Virus record (IMG/VR): IMGVR_UViG_3300045410_000017
Location: 1 to 42,103 of that record
DNA: 42,103 nt
Strand: one strand, 5' to 3'
DNA from: a virus
Taxonomy: Duplodnaviria; Caudoviricetes
The position numbers were made by a program, and so were the translations under genes. Shown piece after piece: positions 16,847 through 24,787 of this stretch; positions within the stretch are counted from its first letter, which is position 1; each line of letters starts with the position of its first letter. The notes under the pieces are model-generated. The model was not told the DNA's origin. It did not search any database and saw nothing but the letters and a program-made list of their open reading frames with translations.

Positions 16847-18910
16847 TTATACCCCGCCCTGGGTGATGGCGGCGAGTTCGAGCAAGGCGTCCCGCTCGAT
16901 CTGTCCTTGGTCGAGGGCAGCACCCTGACCCATCAGGGCGGCGGCCTCCCGCTCAGCGGCGGCGGCCGGGTCACCTTCGAGCACGTCCGTGGAGGTGAGG
17001 CCCTCCATGCCGAGCGGCTCCTCGGACACGGGCAGAGCCTCGCTGCCGTCGACCTTGGGCGTGGCGGCGAGCGCCGGCCCCCCGGCGTTCATGGCACTCT
17101 GCTGGCGGGCGGCTTCCTCGGCCCCGAGCGTCTCGTGGGCTTGGATGTGGGCGGCGCACACGTCCTTGATCTCCGACGACAGCCGGTCGTACCGGGCGGT
17201 CTTGCGGAAGGCGTTGTGCTCTTGGATGTGGATGCCGTGGTCGTCCCAGTCCTCGGGCATCCGAACCTCACCCTGCGCCATAGCGTAGTTCTCACGCCGG
17301 GCACGGGCCACGTCCGGGCGCACGGCCTCCACGATCTGCCGCTCGCCAGGCGCTTCGGCCAGGCGGGTCAGTTCCTCGATCGTGGTGATGAGCCCCATCT
17401 GCATCATCTTCTCGGCCATCTGCGCCTGGGCGGCGGCCGACCGGGGGGCGACCAGCTCGATCGGCACGACGGCCGTGGTCTGGCCGGCGAGATCCTTGCC
17501 GGTCCACTTCGTGGTCTCGGGCGGCTGGCCTGGCATCACGGTGACAGCGGTGCGCTTCTCCTTCACGTTGTCGGCGTACAGCGCCAGCACGTCGGAGGCG
17601 ATCTCGCCGAACATGCGGGCCATGCTGCCGGCCATCTTGCCGATCGGGGTGGCGTCCTGCTCGGCCAGCACAGCCAGCCCGTAGCCGGACTCGATGTTGG
17701 CCGGCGCAGAGCCCCGGCTCACGTCGTGGACGCCCATGATGTTGTCGATCTCGGCCCCCAGCTCGCCTGGCATCTGCAAGAGCCAGGCAGGGAGTTGGGG
17801 CGGCGACAGCCACGACGGCTTGTCCATGCCGTCCGCATAGACGATCTGCTCGCCGATCACGTCCGAGTAAACCTCGGTGAGTTCGATGGCGGACTGCGGG
17901 GTGGCGAGGCGGGCGTTGCCGGCCACGTCGGCGTGCTCCAGAATGTTCGACCACGCAGCGTTGAAAGCGGCCTGCACGGGGCGGGCCACGGTCATCACGG
18001 TCTCGCCGATCCAGGTGTTCTCCACCACGGTCTCTCGGGCCGTAGTGAAGTTCAGGTGGTCAACGAACGGGAACGGCCAGGGCTTCGGCCCCCACACCGT
18101 CTTGTTGTTGACGATGACCTCGATCTTGCCCTTCTCGTTGTTCGGGTTGGGGCGCTCGTAGTAGGTGAGCACGAGCGTGAGCGGCGTGTCGGTGCTGTCC
18201 TTGTCGGCCTTGGGGCCGTCTAGTCCGCTAGACAGGCCACCGACCAGGCCACGCTCAAGCGAGGACAGCCCGTTTGTGGCGTCCGAGTCGGGCTCCTTCT
18301 CAAGTCCGTAGGCGGCCTTGACCTCGGACGGGGCGAGGGCCTGCGCCTTGATCCACCAGTGCCCTTCACGGGCCACTCGTGCTCCTGGCTGGACAACGAA
18401 CTCGGCAATGGACAGTGCGGTCTCGGACGTGTCGCCGCTCGGGAGCAGGCGGCCGTCGTCGGCGAGCGCCGATGGCTTGCCCTTCGACGGAGCCCAGTCC
18501 GTGCAGATGGCCCCGGTGCCGCCCTTGAGCGTCGACCAGGCAATGCTCTCTCTGAGCGTTTCCCACTGGTGCTCTCGGGACACGGCGGCGAGGATGGCCT
18601 CGGCGATCTTGGAGCCTTCGATTGCCACGTCGTCGGCGCTGTTGGGGCGCACCTCGAACACGAGCGGGCGCTGCACCAACTTCGAGATGATCGTGCGGCT
18701 GGCCGGCCACAGCTTGTTGATGGTGGCCCGGAGCCGGTCCTCACTGTTCGGCACCTCCTCCAACCACAGGCTCTCCCGGTTGAAGTGAACCCACTGGTTG
18801 CCACGGAGGAACGCAGAGTTGACCCAATATTCTCTATTAGCCTTCCGTTGGCTCTTGAGCCCGGCACGATACAAGTCAACGACCGGATGATTGTCCTTGT
18901 TCTTAGCCAT
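16847..18910 (-). CDS. Portal protein (P22-like)
   Basis: 687 aa; AFLRGNQW, GVHDVSRG, ESGYGLAVLAEQD, DDHGIHIQEH; between TerL and scaffold. Confidence 0.88.
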   Translation of the reverse strand: MAKNKDNHPVVDLYRAGLKSQRKANREYWVNSAFLRGNQWVHFNRESLWLEEVPNSEDRLRATINKLWPASRTIISKLVQRPLVFEVRPNSADDVAIEGSKIAEAILAAVSREHQWETLRESIAWSTLKGGTGAICTDWAPSKGKPSALADDGRLLPSGDTSETALSIAEFVVQPGARVAREGHWWIKAQALAPSEVKAAYGLEKEPDSDATNGLSSLERGLVGGLSSGLDGPKADKDSTDTPLTLVLTYYERPNPNNEKGKIEVIVNNKTVWGPKPWPFPFVDHLNFTTARETVVENTWIGETVMTVARPVQAAFNAAWSNILEHADVAGNARLATPQSAIELTEVYSDVIGEQIVYADGMDKPSWLSPPQLPAWLLQMPGELGAEIDNIMGVHDVSRGSAPANIESGYGLAVLAEQDATPIGKMAGSMARMFGEIASDVLALYADNVKEKRTAVTVMPGQPPETTKWTGKDLAGQTTAVVPIELVAPRSAAAQAQMAEKMMQMGLITTIEELTRLAEAPGERQIVEAVRPDVARARRENYAMAQGEVRMPEDWDDHGIHIQEHNAFRKTARYDRLSSEIKDVCAAHIQAHETLGAEEAARQQSAMNAGGPALAATPKVDGSEALPVSEEPLGMEGLTSTDVLEGDPAAAAEREAAALMGQGAALDQGQIERDALLELAAITQGGV

Positions 18911-19299
18911 CAGGACACGTACTCCAGGGCGCTCGTGATCAGGGTTGGGGAATCTCGGAGATGGCCGATACCGATGTTACAGGTGCGGCAGAGAAGCCCA
19001 CGCACTTCTCCGGTCTGGTGGTCGTGGTCAACGCAGGTGTGCCGTGGCTTCATTTTCAACTCACAGATAGCACACAAGCCGGCCTGGCGAGTGACGAGAG
19101 CTGCGAATTCGTGGTGTTGGAGTCCGTAATCACGGAGCCGTCGCTGGGCGGCGGCGTAGCCGGGTTTCGCAGCTCGCCTTGCCGCCCCTGACTTCTTGTT
19201 GCACACACGACAATAGGAAGTGAGGCCGTCCTTTGACGCCCGATTGACGTAGAACGTCTCCGGTCCTCCCTGCTTCCCGCATTTCCCGCAGGACTTCAT
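18910..19299 (-). CDS. Endonuclease VII-family HNH homing endonuclease
   Basis: QAGLCAIC, VDHDHQTGEVRGLLCRTCNIGIG; stop overlaps the portal ATG. Confidence 0.9.
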   Translation of the reverse strand: MKSCGKCGKQGGPETFYVNRASKDGLTSYCRVCNKKSGAARRAAKPGYAAAQRRLRDYGLQHHEFAALVTRQAGLCAICELKMKPRHTCVDHDHQTGEVRGLLCRTCNIGIGHLRDSPTLITSALEYVS

Positions 19300-19535
19300 C
19301 CGAGTCCCAACCCTCGCAGGCGAGGCTCAGGGAAGTCGGCCTCAACCTCGGGGATGCGCCGCTTGGCGACGGTCGTGGGGCGGGCGGCCTTGTCGAGCAT
19401 GGCGAGTTCCTTCGAGTTGTTGGCGATAAGCGCCCGGGTGAGCGCATGTACCTCTCGGAGGAGGAGGCGAGCGGTGGCGTAGTTGAGAGCGGCGAGCCCA
19501 ACCACGGAACCTACGAAATACTCGACGCCGATCAC
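19296..19535 (-). CDS. Small membrane-anchored hypothetical protein
   Basis: N-terminal hydrophobic helix; coupled on both sides. Confidence 0.65.
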   Translation of the reverse strand: MIGVEYFVGSVVGLAALNYATARLLLREVHALTRALIANNSKELAMLDKAARPTTVAKRRIPEVEADFPEPRLRGLGLG

Positions 19536-19930
19536 AGGGAAGAGGCCACGGCGTCGACCAACTTAGCGTCGGCTTCGAGATACACAGAGCCGACCAGACG
19601 TTCTACAACATCCCGGTCGATGCGGGCCTGGGCGGCGGCGGCCAGGACCTCCTCGGACTCGGTGGTCGCCTCGTCAGCGATCTGGCGGGCCTGTTCGAGG
19701 ATCTCGACTGCCTCGGAGCGAGGAACACAGTGGAGGACCCGAGCCACCTGCAAGCCGCAGTCGTAGCACAGCCCGAAATGGCCCAGGAAGTCGTCACGGG
19801 CACCCAAACTGATGCACTGAACGCCGACCTCGGCCCCCAGAGTGGACACGTTGCTACCGCAGGCGAGGCATCCCGAGCCCTTGGCCCACTTTACCGTAGA
19901 GTCGAAGTTGTGGTGAGCGGTGATCGTCAT
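19532..19930 (-). CDS. Hypothetical zinc-finger protein
   Basis: CLAC...CYDC then coiled coil; SD GAGGA before ATG 19930. Confidence 0.65.
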   Translation of the reverse strand: MTITAHHNFDSTVKWAKGSGCLACGSNVSTLGAEVGVQCISLGARDDFLGHFGLCYDCGLQVARVLHCVPRSEAVEILEQARQIADEATTESEEVLAAAAQARIDRDVVERLVGSVYLEADAKLVDAVASSL

Positions 19931-19977
19931 GGTTGGGGGAGTCCTCTCGGTTCCTGGCAAGGGTCTGGCTTAGTATA

Positions 19978-21522
19978 TCAGTTGCCGGTCATCATGGCCC
20001 GGCGAGCGACCCCGTCCTTGGGCTTGCGCTGGCGGGCCTTGATCTGGCGGGCGATCTTCTCCTGCACCGTCAAGAGGGGCTTGACAGGAGCGGGCTGGGC
20101 GGCTGTGGGGCGGCCCTTAGCGAACTCGATGGCTCCGTACGAGATCGTATCCACAATGTCGTCGTGGAGTCCGTTGTCGAACGACAGCAGTTCCCGGCGG
20201 GCCTCATCGAGCCACGGCGCGTCCTCCAACATGAGGAGTTGTCCCTGCGTGGAGAGCGTGGCAGCGGTCTGCGCTCGGGCCACCTTGTCGGCCTCGGCGG
20301 CCTCGGGGCGGAACAGCGGCATCCCGTTGCGGCCGAACTTGCGGGCCGTCGAGAGCAACGTCGAGCCGAAGGTCTTGTCCTCCACACCGATGAACACGGG
20401 CCACTCGGCTCGCTCCAGGGTGCGGATCTGGTTGTCGACCCACTCGATGTGCTCGCCCGAGTCCACCCGGTCACGGAAGATGTGGGTGACGTAGAGCTTC
20501 GGGTGGGGCGGTGCGGAGGCGAAGAACAGCGTCAGCACCGTGTAGTCGGCCCTCGACTTCTTCGAGTGGGCGGTGTCGAGCATCCCGAACCGCCGGCCCT
20601 TGGTCTCGGGCAACTTCTTGTAGGTGAGCAGGTTCTTGCCCTTGAAGATGTCGCCGTCCTCGGGGGCCGGTCGGCACTGATACAGCGACGTGAAGGTCGA
20701 CGGCCGGCGTACCCGGATCTTCTCCAGATCCTCGGCGCTGTAGCGTTGGGGGCACAGCGGCTCGCCACGCTCCCGGCCGAGCGGGTCGTCGTCCTCGGCG
20801 AGAGCGGGCAGGCGGATGACCTCCCACTCTCCGGTCGCCACGGCTCGTCCGATCACGTCGTCCTCGTGGCGGGGCGTGCCCAGCAGGATGGCCTTGGCGT
20901 CAGGTTCGAGGCGGGTCAAAGCGTCGTCCACGAACCAGTCCCACGTCTTGTCACGGATGACCTTGGAGTCGGCCTCCTCCTTGTTCTTCACAAGGTCGTC
21001 CATCAGCAGCCAGTTGGCGGGCAGGCCGGTGATCTGGCCGCCCACTCCCGTGCCCACGTACGAGCCCTCGCCCTCGGCCGGGTGCACCAGGAAGTTGTCG
21101 ACGGCCTTTGCGGACGGGTCGAGCCGGGGCGTCAGGTTCTTGGCGTTGGCGAGCTGCATCAGGTTGCGGGTCTTGCGGCCGAACTTGACGGTGAAGTCGT
21201 GGGCGTAGGTGGCATGGATCACGGCGGCGGACGGGTCATTGGCGAGCACCCACGCTGGGACCGTCTCGGAGAGCAGGTAGCTCTTGCCGTGGCGGGGCGG
21301 CATCATCAGGATGACCTTGGCCCCCGGCCCCATGCCGGCGATCACGTCGCTGATGAACCGGCTGTGCCGCCACTCCTTGGCGTCCTCACGGGTGGCGATG
21401 GCGAAGTCGAGCGGCGACAGCAGCGCAACGTGCTTGGCGAGGGCGGCGTGGTAGGCACGGCGCTCCGAAGCGGAGGCTAGCGCCAGCAGGTCGTCGGGGA
21501 TGATCTCAAAGGCCACAGACAA
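19978..21522 (-). CDS. terL: Terminase large subunit
   Basis: Walker A MPPRHGKS, Walker B LLMDDLVK, LYQCRP, HDDIVD; true start may be GTG 21516. Confidence 0.95.
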   Translation of the reverse strand: MSVAFEIIPDDLLALASASERRAYHAALAKHVALLSPLDFAIATREDAKEWRHSRFISDVIAGMGPGAKVILMMPPRHGKSYLLSETVPAWVLANDPSAAVIHATYAHDFTVKFGRKTRNLMQLANAKNLTPRLDPSAKAVDNFLVHPAEGEGSYVGTGVGGQITGLPANWLLMDDLVKNKEEADSKVIRDKTWDWFVDDALTRLEPDAKAILLGTPRHEDDVIGRAVATGEWEVIRLPALAEDDDPLGRERGEPLCPQRYSAEDLEKIRVRRPSTFTSLYQCRPAPEDGDIFKGKNLLTYKKLPETKGRRFGMLDTAHSKKSRADYTVLTLFFASAPPHPKLYVTHIFRDRVDSGEHIEWVDNQIRTLERAEWPVFIGVEDKTFGSTLLSTARKFGRNGMPLFRPEAAEADKVARAQTAATLSTQGQLLMLEDAPWLDEARRELLSFDNGLHDDIVDTISYGAIEFAKGRPTAAQPAPVKPLLTVQEKIARQIKARQRKPKDGVARRAMMTGN

Positions 21523-21540
21523 GTTTACTCCCCTGTGAGG

Positions 21541-22857
21541 CTATGAGAGGCCGTAGAGGCTGAACACGGAGCCGGTGACGAACTGAGACAGCGACAGCAG
21601 GTCGATCTGCGTGATGGCCGCCGTGTCCACCCACCCACCAGCCCCGGAGACCGCGCGCCGATCTGTCGCTGAGTACCGCAATCCCCCTACGAAGTGGAGC
21701 CCCTTGTGGAAGGCGGTTCCCTTGTAGTTCGGGATGTCGATCGTGACCGTGGCGGCTGAGCCCGCTGGGGCGTCGTTGCCGGGGAGCCAGGAGAGGTCGA
21801 CGTAACCGTTGGTGCCGACGTCCGCACCGTTGCCGGAGACGGTGGTTCCGTGTGACAGGTTGTATTGGTTCCAGTAGTTGCTGGCGGTGTCGCCGTTGAA
21901 CCGCAACCGGACAATGTCGAGGGACTGGCCGGAGCGGTTCGTGCGGGCCAGGATCTCAAGTCGCAGGTGACGGTAGGTGCTTGCGATGCTTGAGAAGGTG
22001 ACTGTGGTCGTCGCCGACCCAAGCACCTGCTCACTGATGAGCGTGACCGCCCCGCTCCCGCCACCACCGGCGGCCGCTTCCCACGCTGCACCACCAACCC
22101 CATCAGCAGTGAGGACATGGCCGTCAGCGGCAGCGCCCGAGCCCTGATCGGCGGCGTCGTCGCCCGGCTGAGTGGCGCTGTCAGCGAGCGTGCCCTGGGC
22201 AGCCGTGGCGAACGCAGCAGACGTGCTGCCGTCAAGCAGGTCGGCGTCGAGCCCGGACCCGGACCCGTCCACGGTGAGGAGTTTCGTCAGGATCTCGGCG
22301 GCAGAGTCGTTGACCTCGGCCCCGGCTTCGATGCCTGCGAGCTTGGTCGTGATGGCCGCCTCGACCGCCACAATCGGGTTGGCGGGGTCGGTGGCGTCAA
22401 CTCCGATGCCGGTGCCGGCCACGACGGAATCAACAGATCCGCCCCCGGCGGGCGAGGCCCACGCCCCGTCTCCCCGAAGGAAGGTGGAGGCGTCGGGCGT
22501 GCCGGTGGCGGCGATGTCGCCGGGCACGGCGATGTCGTCCTGGGAGGCGAGCGTGCCGAGATCGCCTGGCTGTGTGGCCGAGTCGGCCAAAGCGCCCTGC
22601 GCCTGAGTGGCAAAGGCTCCTCGGGTGCCGTCAGCAAGAGCGTACTGCGTGTGGTCGTCGTCGCCCAGGCCCGTGAGAGCGCCGTGGTCGGTCACGCCGA
22701 TCACGCCCTCTACGGCTGTGACCCGCCCGTCCAGAGCGTCGGCGTCGGACTGGGCCGTGGCAATGCCTGTTTCGATCTGCTCCAACGCAGCCCCGTTGAT
22801 CGGGGTGGCGGTGGACGGCAGATCCTCCCAGTTCTCGTGGACCTTGGTGTACGGCAC
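21541..22857 (-). CDS. Fibre-like virion protein
   Basis: TPINGAALEQIETGI, DHGALTGLGDDDHTQY, GSGLDADLLDG, C-terminal VTFSSIASTYRHL...FSLYG domain. Confidence 0.75.
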   Translation of the reverse strand: MPYTKVHENWEDLPSTATPINGAALEQIETGIATAQSDADALDGRVTAVEGVIGVTDHGALTGLGDDDHTQYALADGTRGAFATQAQGALADSATQPGDLGTLASQDDIAVPGDIAATGTPDASTFLRGDGAWASPAGGGSVDSVVAGTGIGVDATDPANPIVAVEAAITTKLAGIEAGAEVNDSAAEILTKLLTVDGSGSGLDADLLDGSTSAAFATAAQGTLADSATQPGDDAADQGSGAAADGHVLTADGVGGAAWEAAAGGGGSGAVTLISEQVLGSATTTVTFSSIASTYRHLRLEILARTNRSGQSLDIVRLRFNGDTASNYWNQYNLSHGTTVSGNGADVGTNGYVDLSWLPGNDAPAGSAATVTIDIPNYKGTAFHKGLHFVGGLRYSATDRRAVSGAGGWVDTAAITQIDLLSLSQFVTGSVFSLYGLS

Positions 22858-22860
22858 CCG

Positions 22861-23031
22861 CTAGACCTCCACAGAGCCGGGGAACGTCGTCAGCGACGGG
22901 AAAGTCGTGGCGGACGGATAGAGCAACGGAATGGTGTAGTCAGGGAACGTGCCCTCGTTGCGCTGCATCACTACGCTCGTCCGCCGACTCTCCCCGATCC
23001 TCGTGTAACCGGGTGTGGCGGGGCGGGGCAT
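22861..23031 (-). CDS. Small virion-associated protein (56 aa)
   Basis: Not in the ORF track; ends LLYPSATTFPSLTTFPGSVEV; TACACT 6 nt upstream of the ATG. Confidence 0.65.
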   Translation of the reverse strand: MPRPATPGYTRIGESRRTSVVMQRNEGTFPDYTIPLLYPSATTFPSLTTFPGSVEV

Positions 23032-23057
23032 GAACAGAGTGTATCACGGCCCGGTCG

Positions 23058-23337
23058 CCCGGAACGGGGAGAGCCGGCCCTCGAACCCGAACGCAGCCTC
23101 CCGAAGGAAGCCAACCGCTCCGAGTTGTCAGGCCGGCTCAGAACCGGCAGTAATCGGTGGCGCCTAGTGTGCTTTCGCAGACCGCACAGACACATCTCCG
23201 TCAGGAACCGAGTCAGGTCACCGTGAGGTTTCCAGCCCCGGCACGAACATCTGGCCCGAAAGCCGTCCGTTCTCCGTTCTTCAACGTGCTGGGTGTGCGC
23301 CCCACTTGGGCCTCACGTCGTCAGCACCGGACTTGCA
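23058..23337 (-). ncRNA. Large structured non-coding RNA candidate, family not recognised
   Basis: TGC-TACACT box at 23343-23348; no credible ORF; many stems with cUUCGg and GAAA loops and minus-strand G-U pairs. Ends approximate. Confidence 0.65.
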
Positions 23338-23384
23338 CAGATAGTGTAGCACACCTCCCCTCTTGGCCGGGGCGGACAGGCCGC

Positions 23385-23444
23385 CTACAGGAGAATGACG
23401 AGGATCACTACGAGGAGTATGACGCAGATGGCACCGTAGCTCAT
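23385..23444 (-). CDS. 19-aa hydrophobic micropeptide MSYGAICVILLVVILVILL
   Basis: Not in the ORF track; TAGACT 5 nt upstream of the ATG; small hairpin after the stop. Confidence 0.6.
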   Translation of the reverse strand: MSYGAICVILLVVILVILL

Positions 23445-23452
23445 GCCCCAGT

Positions 23453-23890
23453 CTACACCGTGGCGATGAGCCCCAACTCCTCCAAGCGGGAGATGATCGC
23501 CACCACGGCGGTGCGAACGGCCGCCGCCTCGGACTGGGAATAGACGACGCTCGGCGCTCCGGGGTCGGCCACGGATGCTGGTTGGTCAACGGGGGCAGCG
23601 CCCCAGAACCCCAACTTCTGGGTGGGGGCCGTGGCGATCTGGGTGCCGGTGGTTGTCCCCGCCTCGATGTTGCTGGCGTCGGCGATCACCAGCCCGGCGA
23701 AGGCCCCGCCCTCTCCGAGGACCGCTTCGGGGGGCTCTGTGCCGTCCCCCATCAGGATCTCGCCTCGGGGCGTCAGGTGGAGCCGCCATTCGGTGTCGCC
23801 GGCCAGCCCCAGCTTCACGCCCTTGTGCGTGTCGTCTCGGCCGTCAGAAATCTCAAAGTCGGAGGCGGGCGTTCGCTCGGGCTTGGGCAT
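23453..23890 (-). CDS. Head decoration/fibre-like virion protein
   Basis: TQKLGFWGAAPVDQP...LEELGLI motif; first gene of the minus arm; TATACT 5 nt upstream. Confidence 0.65.
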   Translation of the reverse strand: MPKPERTPASDFEISDGRDDTHKGVKLGLAGDTEWRLHLTPRGEILMGDGTEPPEAVLGEGGAFAGLVIADASNIEAGTTTGTQIATAPTQKLGFWGAAPVDQPASVADPGAPSVVYSQSEAAAVRTAVVAIISRLEELGLIATV

Positions 23891-23959
23891 GGTCTAGTAT
23901 ACCTTATGTGCAGGTTAGAAATAGTGCGGCAGAATAGGACGCCATTCGTCTACAAGAGA

Positions 23960-24080
23960 CGGGGGGGCCAAAGGGGGTACACCCCCCATGCCGCACCCGA
24001 TCGACACCCCACACCCCACACAACGCAACGACAACGACACCCCACACAATCGACACACACCCCACACCCCACACACCCCG
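23960..24080. repeat. C/A-rich short-repeat tract, candidate terminus/packaging region
   Basis: Repeated ACACCCCAC units, a G run and a GGGGGTACACCCCC inverted repeat between divergent arms. Confidence 0.6.
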
Positions 24081-24101
24081 AGGATGGGCCATCCTGCCTA
24101 C

Positions 24102-24130
24102 TTGACACCCGCCCCTACCTATGCAATGAT
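24102..24130 (+). promoter_or_regulatory. Housekeeping-sigma early promoter (leaderless)
   Basis: TTGACA-17 nt-AATGAT, then 6 nt to ATG 24137. Confidence 0.7.
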
Positions 24131-24136
24131 CGCCCC

Positions 24137-24460
24137 ATGACAAACACCCCGCACACCTACTGGGTCAGCATCGGCCGCAACGTCGGCACAGTGCCGATGG
24201 GCCACCACGAATGGCAAGGATTCCAAGACGCCATCGCCGCCGTCATCGACCATCTACCCCAAGCAGGGATCATTACCGAAGTAGACGGATCGAGCACGTG
24301 GGACGCTACCCCTGAGGAAACGCACCTGTTCCTCGTCACGGTTCCCGCCCAGTACGTCAACCTGTTCCGGGCACGCCTAGCACTGCTCGTGCCGATCTAC
24401 CGTCAAGACGCCATCGGGTTCGTCGGCGGCCCATCCACCGACACACTCATTCGCCCCTAG
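24137..24460 (+). CDS. S-adenosylmethionine lyase (SAMase)-like protein (107 aa)
   Basis: YWVSIGRNVG, GSSTW...EET and YRQDAI match the pattern I recall for Svi3-3/T3 SAM lyases; first early gene. Confidence 0.65.
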   Translation: MTNTPHTYWVSIGRNVGTVPMGHHEWQGFQDAIAAVIDHLPQAGIITEVDGSSTWDATPEETHLFLVTVPAQYVNLFRARLALLVPIYRQDAIGFVGGPSTDTLIRP

Positions 24461-24517
24461 TGCACACTGAGGGTTGCCACGCTCGCCCCGGTGTGGCAAC
24501 CTGACTGTATTCACTAG
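24457..24517 (+). promoter_or_regulatory. Intergenic hairpin with tandem GA, copy 1
   Basis: CTAG..CTGAG-stem-CTGACTG..CACTAG between stop and SD. Confidence 0.6.
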
Positions 24518-24533
24518 CCCGAAAGGCCTTACC

Positions 24534-24644
24534 ATGATCCGAGCATGGCATGTCGCAATCGTCGCCACCATCCTGGCAACACTCACCATCATCCTTCCGG
24601 CCGTTCAGTCTGCGGCCGATTCGCTCGGGCAGGTGACCCCATGA
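24534..24644 (+). CDS. Small membrane peptide (36 aa)
   Basis: SD GAAAGG; hydrophobic VAIVATILATLTIILPAV. Confidence 0.6.
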   Translation: MIRAWHVAIVATILATLTIILPAVQSAADSLGQVTP

Positions 24645-24787
24645 GGAAGGTCGCAGCTTTCGCACTGTGCGCCGGGTTGGCAGTCTTGGGTGCCTACCGT
24701 CCAGCCGCCACCCCGCTCCAAGAGGATGACCCTAGGTGGAACTGTGCATTGCACGGTAACCTGATCTGCGGTACGGTGACCCCATGA
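24641..24787 (+). CDS. Small exported protein with EDDPRWNC...GNLICG motif (48 aa)
   Basis: Signal-like N-terminus; motif I recall from actinophage small membrane proteins; ATGA-coupled. Confidence 0.7.
   Translation: MRKVAAFALCAGLAVLGAYRPAATPLQEDDPRWNCALHGNLICGTVTP

Noticed and set aside
5075-23226. Long alternative ORFs over the virion arm (e.g. 5121-6377, 11438-12778, 16907-18223, 19933-21480) and 37404-39047 opposite polA
   Set aside because: Shadow frames of high-GC genes with no motifs or start signals.
23058-23337. tmRNA, RNase P, group I intron or telomerase-like identity for the ncRNA
   Set aside because: GGTTCGA lacks a proper T-stem; AAGTCCGG lacks the RNase P partner motif; no interrupted gene; the CACACCC similarity to nearby repeats is short and there is no reverse transcriptase.
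23990-24080. CRISPR mini-array
   Set aside because: Units are short, degenerate and lack regular unique spacers.
23582-24136. N-terminal 185 aa of the 292-aa track ORF
   Set aside because: Runs antisense to a real gene and through the repeat tract; the real start is ATG 24137.
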